Assembly (NCBI RefSeq): GCF_009834535.1
Contig: NC_045717.1
Location: forward strand, 19,778,001-19,842,000
DNA from: Camelus ferus
Taxonomy: Eukaryota
Direction: 5' to 3'
DNA length: 64,000 nucleotides
The translations under genes and the position numbers were made by a program. Position 1 is the first letter of the stretch. Every line of letters starts with the position of its first letter. This document shows, in pieces, positions 36,644 to 49,200 of the stretch. The notes under the pieces were generated by a model. That model was given only the letters and a program-made list of their open reading frames with translations. It had not been told where the DNA came from and searched no databases.

Positions 36644-38879
36644 GTGCGAGACTGGGTGTCCAGAGACAAGAGCTGGACGGAGCAGGCCCTGGCGGGACCC
36701 GGGCCTCCGCGCCGTCAAGTCCCGAGTTTGCAAAGCCTTGTCCGTGGGGGACGCCGCTCGGACCTCAGTCCCCTCCGGCTCGCAGCGTGGGGAGCGGGGC
36801 CGGCAGCCGGGGCCCCGGGCGTCCAGTCTGGTCACTGCGTGGGGCATCTTCGGCAACGGGGCTGGAGCCTCTCTGGGCAGCTCTGCACCTGCGGCCCGTC
36901 GTCTGCCCCAGATTGTGTGGTGACCACAGGGATGGTCAACAAGGGACAGTCCCGACTCAGTCTCTGTGGTTCATGCGTGGGAGATGCTGTGGTCTTTGGG
37001 ATCCCCAGTCCCGTTTCCCTCTGAGTTTTCCAAACTCGAAGCCACAACCCTGTCCCTCTAGTCTGGCTCTTCCTAGGGCTGGCAGTAAGTGCCTGAATGT
37101 CCATTCCACGTTCTTAAACGCAGCCATTCACCCTCTGGTCACAGCATCATTATCGACTGTCCATGAGGCATTTCAAACCGGCACAGTATTTTGTTTATCA
37201 TTTTCCCACAGGGCCAAGGATGGCTTTTTTAAAGATTTGTTTCTTGTCTGTGGATATTTTACAGAAGAGAAATCCAAGAATAACCACCTACATTACATGA
37301 AATCCCTGTGTCTTTCCCATCAGGATCTTTCCTATGGGAAGTCCTTTAGCTGGAAGTTCCTCTTGGGAAACTTTCATGGCTGATCTGTCCTGTCAGCATT
37401 GCCCCTCTCTGGGTTTGTCACCCTGAAAAGACATTCATTTATTTGAGCTTGTCTTTTTAAATAAATGTAAATTTTGTTTAATCAGTGGAGCTTGAAAGAC
37501 AGTAGAAAATGTTTTCAGAGACACAGAAAGAAGTGAATTTCAGAGAAGATAAAATATTCCAGTATTACTATGCATTTGTTAAAAAATCCTTATTTCTCTT
37601 TTTTCTATCCCTGAGCATGTGTTGTAAGTTTCTGAGGTCTGTTCCTTTCCTTTGGGTGATTTCAAATTGAATCCCAGGGCTTAGTCTTGTAACACCTGGG
37701 AGTGTTCAAATATAAAAATTGTTTATAATTTATTGCCATGGAAATAATGATTAATTGACATCTTCATTTTTGGAAAGAGTAGATATTTATGAGATTTCTA
37801 GTTGAACTAGACAAAATGGCTTACAGTTTTCTTCTGTCCTTTCCACATAAACACTGAGTTTGAGTGAATTTGATGGTTCTTCAGATGCTGGGTTTGAGTC
37901 ATTTAAAATGTCTGTGGTGGTCCAGAGCACCTCCAGTGCGGAGCAAAGGCCTGTGGCCATTGACCAAAGCTAAGGGCCCCTTGAGCCTGCAAAGGGAAGT
38001 ACTTGGAAGCCCAGTTGGTTCTTCCTGGGAAGCCTCCCCTGCAAGTGTCCTGTCTGCTCCACTTATGCTGAGAAAAGCTACAGCCCTGTAAAGTGGGGAT
38101 GTGGACGGGGTGAGGGTGGTACCCTTTCTGGAGCTGTAACTATGGTTTTCTTGGGCCTGTTTCAGACGTTGGATTTGAGTTTGGCATCCACAGTGTAGCT
38201 GCACTCAAGAGTATAATCTGTGCACATCGAGAAAGTCTGTGAAAGGAATTCTGGGTCGTGGGGAAGGGTTTGACATGCAAGGGTTTAAGGATTTAACAGT
38301 TTTGGTCAGAACCTTAAACTGAATCCTGCTAAGAATTTCTTCATCTGTGAAAATTGAAGTCTGAGAGAGGGAAGAAAACCCATTATTCTTTAGTGAGAAG
38401 AAGGTATGTGGAGCTCCCAGAATTCATTTCTGCGGCTTCTCAGGTGTCCTCACTCTCCTTCACCAGGAAGAGTCTGGAACTTAAGCTTGGGAAGGTGTTT
38501 AACCTTCTGCATGTGGGTTTTCCTTTTTCCTCATTGGGAAACAGGATGCTTGTCTGATCTGATTTGAATGTTTGTGTTTTTTTCCTTTGGATTCCTTTAT
38601 CTATTGAACATTGGGGCTTTTTAACTCTAGTTTCCCTTAGCACTTTGTATTTATTTCTTCCGTGTGGGCATGTAACATTTTTAGTTTCTTGGGCTTTGAA
38701 AATGTAAGCTGATTGAGAAATACGTGATTAAGGCAAGAAAATGTGGAACCAAATAGGATTTTTGTTCCTTTTAGGTAAGAGAACCGCAAGCTGTGAGAAG
38801 TGTATTTAAATTCTCATGTGCATTTTTCACTTTTAGATCATTTTTGTGCATGCTTGTCCCTAGAGAGCTTTGACATTTA

Positions 38880-40150
38880 AAAGGCTGTACTGTTCCTAAG
38901 GCAGATAAATTCCTGTTTTAATGAATGTGAGGAAAAAGCAATTGAATTTTTAACATTGATATAAGGAGAATTACTTAAAGCTTATGCAAATCCTTGAAAA
39001 TCCTACTACATTTAAGGGACTAAACCCAAATCTCTAATGAGTCAAATTTGAAATTTCCAGGCATTTTAATGGTGGCCAATTATTTAGGTAATTGTATAGA
39101 GTCTAATAATTCTGACACTAGCTTCCTGTTCTTTATGGGTTGGCCTAAGTTAGTAAGAAATCATGAGCTACATGATTTCTTCTAGAAGATTTTAGAAGGG
39201 AGTCCTACAACTAAAGCAGAGTAGTTATCAGTGTAAATGTCTGCTACTTGCTCTTTAGCTAGCTGACAAACTCATTAGAGCAGTTAATTCAGCTTGCTGT
39301 GCCAACTTTGCATCTGGTAAATAAGAGCTTTCAATCATGTCCACGGTGGACGTTATTGCATATCCAGCTAGGTAATGTCCCTCTTCGTCCTTTAAGTAAG
39401 CTCCATCCATAAACCAAGTTAAGTTAGCATTATTGATAGGAGTTTTTGTAAGTCATTCCTAGGTGTATGAAGATAATCAGCGTATGCAGTAATGGTCATT
39501 GTCAGCCTGGGCTGCTGGAAGTAAAGTTGCCGCGTTAAGATTATTACATCAAGCCAAAGTAGTAACAGGTGAAGAAAGCAACAATACTCGCAAGAGGCAA
39601 GTTGACTCACAGAATAGTGCTGAGAAGGATCAGAACTCGAGATTAACCTGAGTATGGAACACAGTCAAAGGAGACCCCGTTGTTAAGTTCTTCCCTAGCT
39701 TTGCATGAGAGCGCTGTGCTGTCGTTGACAGAGCCCTCGTACGGTGGGAGTCCTTTCGCCACTGAACCTGGCTGCTGATTATAACATCCTGTGGCTTGGT
39801 ACTGGTCACCGTGCCTCTGAGGTAGCACCTCCACTGCGTTTCCTTTATCTTCATGCAGAAAGAGAAAACAATGGTAGTTTATAGTTAGGGTGGCCTAATT
39901 CCAGAGCCTGAGTCAGTGCAGATCTTAAGGAGTCCATAGCCTTTTCTCCTTCTTTTGTCCATGCAGTTGGGTCTGGTCAGCCAGACTTAAGGAATGCACA
40001 AATGCAAACTGGCTAAACACTGAATTAAAATAGTCTTAGGAAAGTGTACATCAGCCAAATCAGCTTTAATTATTCAAGAAAAGTAAGTAGGGCTTTCAGT
40101 ATAGCCTTGTGGCCTAACTGTCCAGGTCTGTATGTGGGAAACCATTACTG
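38880..40150 (-). pseudogene. ERV1 pol fragment (RT - connection - RNase H), decayed
   Basis: Minus-strand translations give KSPTYFS*IIKADLADV, GHPNYKLP..FLHEDKGNA.EVLPQRHGDQ, LNAATLLP, WFMDGAYLKDEEGHYLAGYAI, AQQAELTAL, ADIYTD and QPIKNRKLVSELLDSIQLP. Confidence 0.85.
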
Positions 40151-40860
40151 TTAATCAAAGTAATGCAGGACTGTCAGCCTCACTCCCCACTTTTTTACAC
40201 CTGCACCTAAGCAGTTCCTCAGATAGTGTTTTAAGATGCAAGATGGTGGAAATAAAAAATGATCAGTGATGACATCTTCCCTCACGCGGCCCAGACTCTC
40301 CACACACACTCCCAGTCTCCGTATTACCTCCTATCATGTTTACTTCCCCCCACAGCCCTTATTTCTATCTTAAAAACCCAAACTGTGCCCTTTATTAATC
40401 TATTTTCCCACAAAAAGATAAGCACTAGGGCTGCAAGAACTCGTTTCATGTCTACATATCCAGAGTGTATAGTGCCGTTTGTGCTAAGCTGTGTATGTTT
40501 TGAGTCTACAGGGCTTAGCAGAGGAGGAATGCTGACAAATTAGTATCAAGAGCACAGTTTCTGAGCAAGAAAGGCCTCACTGGAATAGGAACTCTGCCTT
40601 GGTCCCTTGCTAGGTTTGTGTTCTTGACAGTTTACCTAAAAGCCTCACTTAACTTGAAAAGGAGGCGATACCTGACGCAAGTCCAAATCCTGTAAGACAG
40701 TGACCTTCTGGACTCCCTCTTACTGACACAGGCCACGATCATTTATGATTTGCAGTCATCTTTATTATGATGATTCACTATACCCATCTGTGGGTTTTTT
40801 AATTGAAGTAGATATCTGTACAATGTTGTGTTAGTTTCTGGTGTACAGCATAGTGATTCA

Positions 40861-40861
40861 G

Positions 40862-40889
<28 letters not shown>
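40861..40889 (+). repeat. (GT)n microsatellite within an L1 3' end remnant
   Basis: About 14 GT units. Confidence 0.9.
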
Positions 40890-40893
<4 letters not shown>

Positions 40894-43251
40894 CTTTTTC
40901 TTTTTATACACCCCTCTATTTGAATACAGGTGTGCTCCTGGTAGTTTTTGGTAAGAAGGCACTAACAAAACCATGATTGAAGTTTTTAATTAAGAACAAA
41001 TGAGAAATCTGTTACATGACAAAAATTTTAACTATGAAAAAATAAAATTTGCCTGAGGAAAAATATACATGGTAAATATTGATTTAAAATGTATGATTAA
41101 CTTAAAAAAATACAAAGTTGATCTAAAAATCCACAATTGCAATGGGATGTTTCGGTATTTCCCATCAGGAAATGGAAAAGGTAATATTTGTTAGTATACA
41201 AGTTTTTTGAAAGAGCTAGTAAGAAATTTCTAAGAAAAATCTACACAAGCACTTGACAAAAATATGAATAGTTTTAAATCACATACAATTAAACATAACA
41301 GAAAATGTACTGAGGAATTATGTTCAGCTGTGAGTAACGGGACACATCCACAGTCTGATGAGAGGAAGGTGCTGACTGTCACAGGGGAGGGCTGGGTCAC
41401 AGGAGTCCCTGCCCAGCGCAGGGGAGGCGCACACGACGGGCTCACGTGCTTCCTTTTGACGGCACCACTGTAGCTGGCGTAGTGGGATCTGGAGCACACA
41501 GTCACCAGCGATATTAACAGAACAAAGTGTATACTACACAAATTAGACCTTATACAAATGCAATATAGAGAAGAGGGGAGTCAGTGCTTCACAAAACATT
41601 CTCAGCCACAACAGTCTAATAAATTTGTTGCCTGGTGGACACATGAGGACTTGCAGGAAAATCCCTACTGTGACAGATCTTTGCTGTGGAACTTGTGGAG
41701 CCATCTGTGGAAACCTACAGGTCTGAGAAAAGGGAAGGTACGCAGTTAGTGGTAATGAGGCTGCTCCTGACTGGCAGGGCAGAGGATCAGGAAAATGGGC
41801 TGGAAGCAGGTAGATGTGAAGCTTCTATGCATCTGTCTTTCTCTATTCCATGGTTCTGAAGACTAATAAGGCCGTCTTTGCTGTGCCTTCCAAATCTCAC
41901 GCAAGTGAGGTTGGAGGTGAATTCTAACATGGAACCATGAGAATAAGGTTCTAGAAAATGTAGGTCTCAGCATTATCCATGTTGACAGAACACATTCCAG
42001 GAGACCATCTCCAGTTCTACATTCTGCTGTCCTATCATAGGTCTCCTTTCTTTTCCTTTGCAGGTATGAAGACTTACTGGTCTACTGCATACAATGTTAT
42101 GAACATTAAACTGATTCATTTTTGTAATAACTTTAAAAAGTAGCTAGAAATGTGATGCTTATATTTAATCTCATGGACATGAAGCACTGTGAGAGCAGTA
42201 ACCACATCAGTTATGTTCACTTATATTTCTAGCACAGGCACACAGCAGGTGCTCAGTATGAATGGATGGTAATACCACTAGTTTACTTTAGTGATAGCAT
42301 ATAATCATGCTAATTGTATTATGTGTAAAAGATATCCTAAATAATGACATTATTAACGTGTTGTTGGGGAAAAAATGTTGCTTCAGTGCAAAGATGCTGT
42401 AGCTACAAATTTAAATCTAAAATAATTAAGCTTGTAAACAATGTAAGGTTGCTTCGTGTAACTATGCCACTCATGTCAACACAGGTCTCTTTTCTGAATG
42501 TAAAGTCTATTACCAAAATCACAGTCAGATGGAATGACAAAGAGTAAAGAGAAAAGGCATAAATACTAAGTCAAATGAGATTATACTCTATGATAGACTT
42601 TGCATACTTACAAATTTATGCCAACTATTTATTAGCAAGGAAAATGGAATTCAGCTCTTCTGACAAAAGAAACTTGCTTTTCTAATAAGAAAAGGAGTAT
42701 TTACAATGGGTGAAAAATATCCAATACCCACTGCATGAAACCAATAGGAAAATCCCAACAAATACCTAAGTGTCATTATCCCACGGCCTCCTTACTTACA
42801 GAGCAATTAAAAAATTACATATTTTGGCACATTATATGATATTGGCACATTACAGTTATATTCCAGTTCACCCACAGATCCAGCAGATTTCAAAATAGAT
42901 AAAAACTGTAAGCTGCTGGAAGGAAAAACATTACATACTAAGTTAATGTATTACTGCTTAACAAGTACTTACAGAACTGTTTCAACTCAATGTTCATTTG
43001 CAGAATTAACAAGTGGAATCCATAGTGAGAGAACTGAGTTTCAGAATGAGCCACTGATAAAAACAATATATTTTTTAACTTTTAAAACATTTCTTTCATG
43101 TTGTAAAATTTCTGGGGTATTATATGTGACTTAATCTGCATCAGGCTTTCCCATATTACTTACATTTATAGCATTTCTCTCCAGTGGAGTTTTCACATGA
43201 CTTTGAATGTATTTGTGAAGAGAAAACTGTCCTGTATTTTTCAGTTACAGT

Positions 43252-46200
43252 TTATCCAGTGTGCATTCTCGTGACATGTTTATGCAAGGATGTGGGCCAA
43301 TTGAAGGCTTTCCCACAATGTTTACATTCAAGAAGTTTCTCTCCAGTGTGAATTCTTTCATGGCTTCTGAATGAACTGGGTCGACTAAAGGCCTTCCCAC
43401 AGTCTTTACATTTATACGGTTTCTCACCAGTGTGTACTCTCATGTGTCCTCGAAAGGTTGTGCGATAAATGAAGGCTTTCCCGCACTCCTTACATTCATA
43501 GGGCTTCTCTCCAGTGTGCGTTCTTTCATGTACTTGAACATAACCAGAACAACTGAAGGCTTTACCGCATATTTTACATTCATAGGGCTTCTCTCCTGTG
43601 TGAGTTCTTTCATGTATGCGAAACGAACTGGGACAATTAAATGCTTTCCCACATTCCTTACATTTATAAGGTCCATCTCCAGTGTGCGTCATCATGTGTC
43701 TCCGAAAGCTTGTGAGAGAAACAAAGGCTTTCCCACATTCCTCACATTTATAGGGTTTCTCTCCAGTGTGAGTTCGTTCATGTATTTGCAAACCCAGAGG
43801 AGAACTGAAGGTTTTCCCACACTGCTTACATTCATAGGGTTTCTCTGCAGTGTGAGTCCTTTCATGTCTTCGAAAGGAAGTGGGACAACTGAGGGCTTTA
43901 CCGCACTGCTTACATATGTAGGGTTTCTCTCCAGTGTGAGTTCTCACATGGACTTGGAAAGTGGTGAGCCAGTGGAAGGCTTTTCCACATTCTTTACATT
44001 GATAAGGTTTCTCTCCAGTGTGAGTTCTTTCATGTGTTCGAAATGAACTGGAACAACTGAAGGCTCTACCACATATTTTACATTCATACGGCTTTTCTCC
44101 AGTGTGAGATCTCTCATGTATTCGATATGAACTGGGACAGTTGAATGCTTTCCCACAATCCTTACATTTATAAGGTCCAACTCCAGTATGTGTTATCATG
44201 TGTCTCTGAAAGCTTCCGAGAGAAATGAAGGCTTTCCCACACTCCTTACAGTCATAGGGTTTCTCTCCAGTATGAGTTCTCTCATGTTTTCGAAGAGAAC
44301 TGGGACAGCTGAAGGCTTTACTACACTTTTTACATTCATAGGGCTTTTCTCCAGTATGGGTCCTTTCATGACTTCGAAAGGAACTGGGGCAACTGAGGGC
44401 TTTACCACACTGCTTACATTGATAGGGCTTCTCTCCTGTGTGAGTCCGTTCATGTGTTTGAAAGGTTTGATGATATCGAAAGGCTTTTCCACATTGTTTA
44501 CATTGATAGGGTTTCTCTCCAGTGTGAGTCCGTTCATGTTTTCGAACAGACTGGCGGTATCTAAAGGATTTCCCACATTCCTTACATTTATAGGATTTCT
44601 CTATTCCATGATTACTTTCATGTTTTTGAAAAGGTTGGAGATAACTGAAGGCCTTCCCACATACCTTACATTTATAAGGCTTCTTCCCATATTCCTGGTA
44701 CATGGATGGTTTGGGTGCAGTGTGAGATTTCATGTGCCTATTAAGGGATGAACGGCTCATGAAGACTTTTCCACACACACTGCACTCCCATGGCTTTACT
44801 GCAGTGGTACTGTTCTTGTTCAGATTAAGATTTGGAGAAAGGCTGATGTTTTTTCCATCTTGACTACCTTCATTACTTTCACAGTCTCTCTCAAATGTAT
44901 GACTTCTGTTAAAAAAAATCAGAAGCACACTGTTGTTGACGATGTTTTTGCTAATGATTTTATAATCATTAGTAAATATTAGTATTACATTTTTACCATT
45001 TACAGGGGAAGTGTAGGTTTTCCTGCACTGTGTCAATTGTTTGAAAGAAAACATACCGAATGCTCTGCAGGAAAGCACAGCCAGGGCTGTCATCACAGTG
45101 ATACTCACACATGCAGTCTCTGAGTACATTTCAAAGTACTCGGGAAACAATGAACATCTACGTCACATTTAAGAAAGCATTTGGGGGAAGAATTTTCTGA
45201 GAATAAATAAATTTGAAGCTGGACTCTTGTTTCTACTTGTTTTTAAATTTTCTTGACATAAGATTCCCTTCTTGGACACTGCTTTCTATTGTGAGTGCAA
45301 CTCACCTCAGATTTCTTCCCTGGTTTTTGTACTTATCTTCAGTGTTATGGTCTTCCCATTTTCCCCCTAAAATACAGACCCAAAAAAATCAGTAAATTAT
45401 AGAAAAATTATTACTTCATAGGTACATGATGACCTCAGTCTACAACTGATTTATTTACTGAAGTATTCCCTTTCCCCATTCGAAATCTTAGAACAACACT
45501 GATGGGCAAGGAACACTTGATCTCTAACCGACTATGTGAAGAATGTCATCATCATTACCTACTAAGGCCANNNNNNNNNNNNNNNNNNNNNNNNNNNNNN
45601 NNNNNNNNNNNNNNNNNNNNNNNNNNNNNNNNNNNNNNNNNNNNNNNNNNNNNNNNNNNNNNNNNNNNNNNNNNNNNNNNNNNNNNNNNNNNNNNNNNAA
45701 TATGTGCACAGGAAGATGGGTGAGATGGACAGTACTGGAATCTATAGTCCATTCATAAGTTCACATATGACACTTATCAAAATATTTATTCTATGACTTG
45801 GTCATCAGAATTCTTACTCTATACATAAGCACTTCCTCACAAATTTAACAGCATCATGAGTATGTGGAAATTATTTCTACATTTTTACTATGATCACTTA
45901 AAGTCTTATTGTTCTCTAATGGTGGGGTCCAGAGCATGTTGGAGAAATGAGAGAAATGCTGTACAAATGAAAGATTTCCATTTTAAGACCATCAAATCTT
46001 TGTGAGAAAAACTCTTTCATCCCCTTTAATACCCACCGTTATCACGCAGCAGTCCATGAAGCACAGGGTCATGTTTGCACGAGGGTTTTTTTTTAAATAA
46101 AAAATAAAAAAAATGGAGGTACCAAAGATTGAGCCCAGGACCTCGTGTGTGATAATTAAGCACATGCTCTACCACTGAGCTATTACCTTCCCTGCTGCAT

Positions 46201-49200
46201 GAGGTTTTAATGGGAAAACAAAACCACAATGAAGAACTGGAAGTTTTTTCTTCTATTCCCATCACCAAACAGAGAAGCCAGGAGACCTGTGGAAATCTAA
46301 CTATAACTAGGCCCAGAAGGCCATATCGTCCTGAAGTGCTCCAGGCTATTGGAAGAGTCAGATGCAAGTGCCTGAATCAAAATAATCTTGTGGAAAAGTA
46401 TTAATTTTAACTTACCTGTAAAAATATGACAGACTCACTTATTCTTTTGTATCTCTGCCCTGTTTCACGAGGCTGGGAAGTTATCTGGAAGTCAGTGCTC
46501 AGGCATGAGAAAGCAGGCATGACAACTTTGACCTCCACAAAGTCCCTGTCTGCATGGCCTCAGAGCAGCTTCGCACCACTCTTGCCATGCACACGTGCAT
46601 ATACTGAGCATAAAATGCCATAAGAGCTCTTTCTGGCAAAACCGTAACAGTGCACACTGGACCCTGGGGAACCAAATAAGGATTGCAGTTTGTGAGGGAA
46701 TTCACTGAAGACCACAGTGGTCTGGTGGTGAACGTGCCCATCACTATAAAACATGAAGGGTTCAACAGTGAGATACCACGTCACACGTGTAAGAATGGCC
46801 ATCATCAAAAAGACCACAAACAACAAATGTTGGCGAGGATGTGGAGAAAAGGAACCCTCCTACACTGTTGGTAGGAATGTAAATTAGTGCACTCACTATG
46901 GAAAATAGTATTGAGGGTTCTCATAAAACTAAAACCTGAACTACCCTATGACCCAGCAATTCTACTCCTGTGTATCTATCCGAAGAAAATGAAAATACTA
47001 GTTCAAANNNNNNNNNNNNNNNNNNNNNNNNNNNNNNNNNNNNNNNNNNNNNNNNNNNNNNNNNNNNNNNNNNNNNNNNNNNNNNNNNNNNNNNNNNNNN
47101 NNNNNNNNNNNNNNNNNNNNNNNNNNNNNNNNNNNNNNNNNNNNNNNNNNNNNNNNNNNNNNNNNNNNNNNNNNNNNNNNNNNNNNNNNNNNNNNNNNNN
47201 NNNTGAAGTAAGTCAGAGAAAGACATACTGTGTGATTTCACTTATATGTGGAATCTAAAAACAAAAACAAATGAATGTAACAAAATGGAAACACATTTGC
47301 AGAACAAAACTAGTGGATACCATTGGGAAGAGCGGAGTAAAGATAGGGGTAGGAGATTAAGAGGTACAAATGGCTATGTGTAAAATAAAGCTACAAGGGT
47401 ATATTGTACAGCAGAGGGAATATAGCCAAAATTTATAACTTTATATGGAGTATAAGTCTCTAAAAATTTTGAATTACTATCTTGTACACCTGAAACTAAT
47501 ATAGTATTGTAAATCAACTACACCTAAAAAAACCTCAATGGTCTATAATAACTGAAGTCAGATACTGTCATAGTGAATTAAAAAGCAACACCCAATTGTA
47601 TGTTGTCTGTAAGAAAGCTGCATTCACAATAAAGACAGATGGATCAAGACTAAGGGATGGAAAAAGATACATCATGTTAACATTAAAAGACAAGTGGAAT
47701 ATCTACATTAATGTCAGATAAAGTACAGGGATAAAGAGTGACAATACATAATGAATAGGGGGTCAAGTCTCCAAGGAGACACAGCAATCCTTAGTGCTTC
47801 GCTGCTCAGCTATGTGGTGGCAAAATGGCTAGACCTGCAAGGAGAAACAGATGACTTCACTATTATAGTTGGATGGCAACACTCCTCTGCTAACAACTAC
47901 AGGAACCAGCAGGAAGAAATTCAGGAAAGCCATAGCTGAACTGAACAGTGCCCTCAAACAACTGGACTTAAGGGGAAACTGTGGAATGTTTCATCAAACA
48001 ACAGCAGAATACACACTCTTCTCAAGCTTATATGGAAAATTCACAAAGATAGAACACGTTCTGGCACATGAAACGCACCTTAACCAATCTGAAGCAAGGG
48101 AAATCATACAAAATATACCCTCAGAACACAAGAGCATTAATCTGGAGATCAGTAATAGAAAGATACTGAAAACCCCTCAAATACTTGAAGATTAAACAAC
48201 ACATTTCTAAATAACCCATAGATCAAAGATGTCTCAATAATAGTTAAAAATTATTTTGAATTAAATGAAAGTGAAAGTACAATTTACCAAAATATGTGGA
48301 ATGCAGCAGAAACAGGGCTTAGAGGGACATTTATGGCACCGAAAGCCGTACACTTGAAGAAAGAGACCTGTAATCAATGATCGAAGCCTTTACCCTTGGA
48401 AACTAGAAAAAGAAGAGCAAAGTAAGCACGAGAGATTTAACAATCTCTGAGAAGAAATCAATGAAATTACAAGAAATCATTGGGAAAAATCAACAAAAAC
48501 TAAAAAGCTTGGTTTTGAAAAGATAAAATTCAGAAATGTCTATACATGCTGAGAAAAAAAAAAGACCGAAATGATTAACATGAGGAACGAAAGAGAAAAT
48601 GAAAATGTAAACACATTTGACAAAATCCAGAATCCACTTACAACAGCACCCTTGGAACAAAGAGGGGCTTCCTCTTCTTGAGAAAGACCATCTACGAAAA
48701 ACCTGCAATTAACATCACACTTAAAGGTGAGAAACTAGATGCTTTCCTGGTAAGATCAGGAGGCAATGATGTCTCCTCTCTCACCAGTCCTAGTCAACAC
48801 AGGACAGGAAGTCTAAGCTAAAACAATAAAAGAAAATATAAGAAAAGGAAATAAAAGGTATACAGAATAGAAAGTAGGAAATAAAACTGTCTTTTGTCAC
48901 ATGTAACATGATTATGGAGAAAAACTCCAAGAATCAACAACAACAAAGAAAACCCCTTGAACTAATGAGAGTAGAGTAAGGTTGAGGGAGAAATGGGTAA
49001 TACACAAAGTCAATTATTTCCTATAGATCCAAACAAATATAGCCAATTCATCTTGGACAAAGGATCAAAGGCAATTCAGTGAAGAAACAAACAATGCCAG
49101 GAAAACTAGACAGCCATGTTAAAAAAAAAAAAAAAAAGAATCTGGACACAGATCCAATGCCTTTTGTAGAAATTCAAAATGCATCACAGATCTTACGTAA

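Noticed and set aside
36428-37383. 198-aa and 282-aa ORFs over the orphan CpG island
   Set aside because: They start at non-ATG codons, run across an evident splice donor, are low-complexity Arg/Gly/Pro-rich, and are typical of GC-rich DNA.
39643-39834. Harbinger-transposase-like GSVND motif in the 63-aa ORF
   Set aside because: Flanking translation (GHPNYKLP...HEDKGNA...QRHGDQ...AKGLPP) shows it is the connection domain of a retroviral pol.
43432-44751. Long + strand ORFs (204 aa, 187 aa) and alternative-frame ORFs over the finger exon
   Set aside because: These are shadow ORFs produced by the repetitive codon structure of C2H2 arrays.
44906-45150. N-terminal ~80 aa of the 632-aa ORF as real protein
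   Set aside because: It lies upstream of a strong acceptor (TTTTTTTTAACAG|AAGTC at 44905). It is intron 3 that happens to be open in frame.
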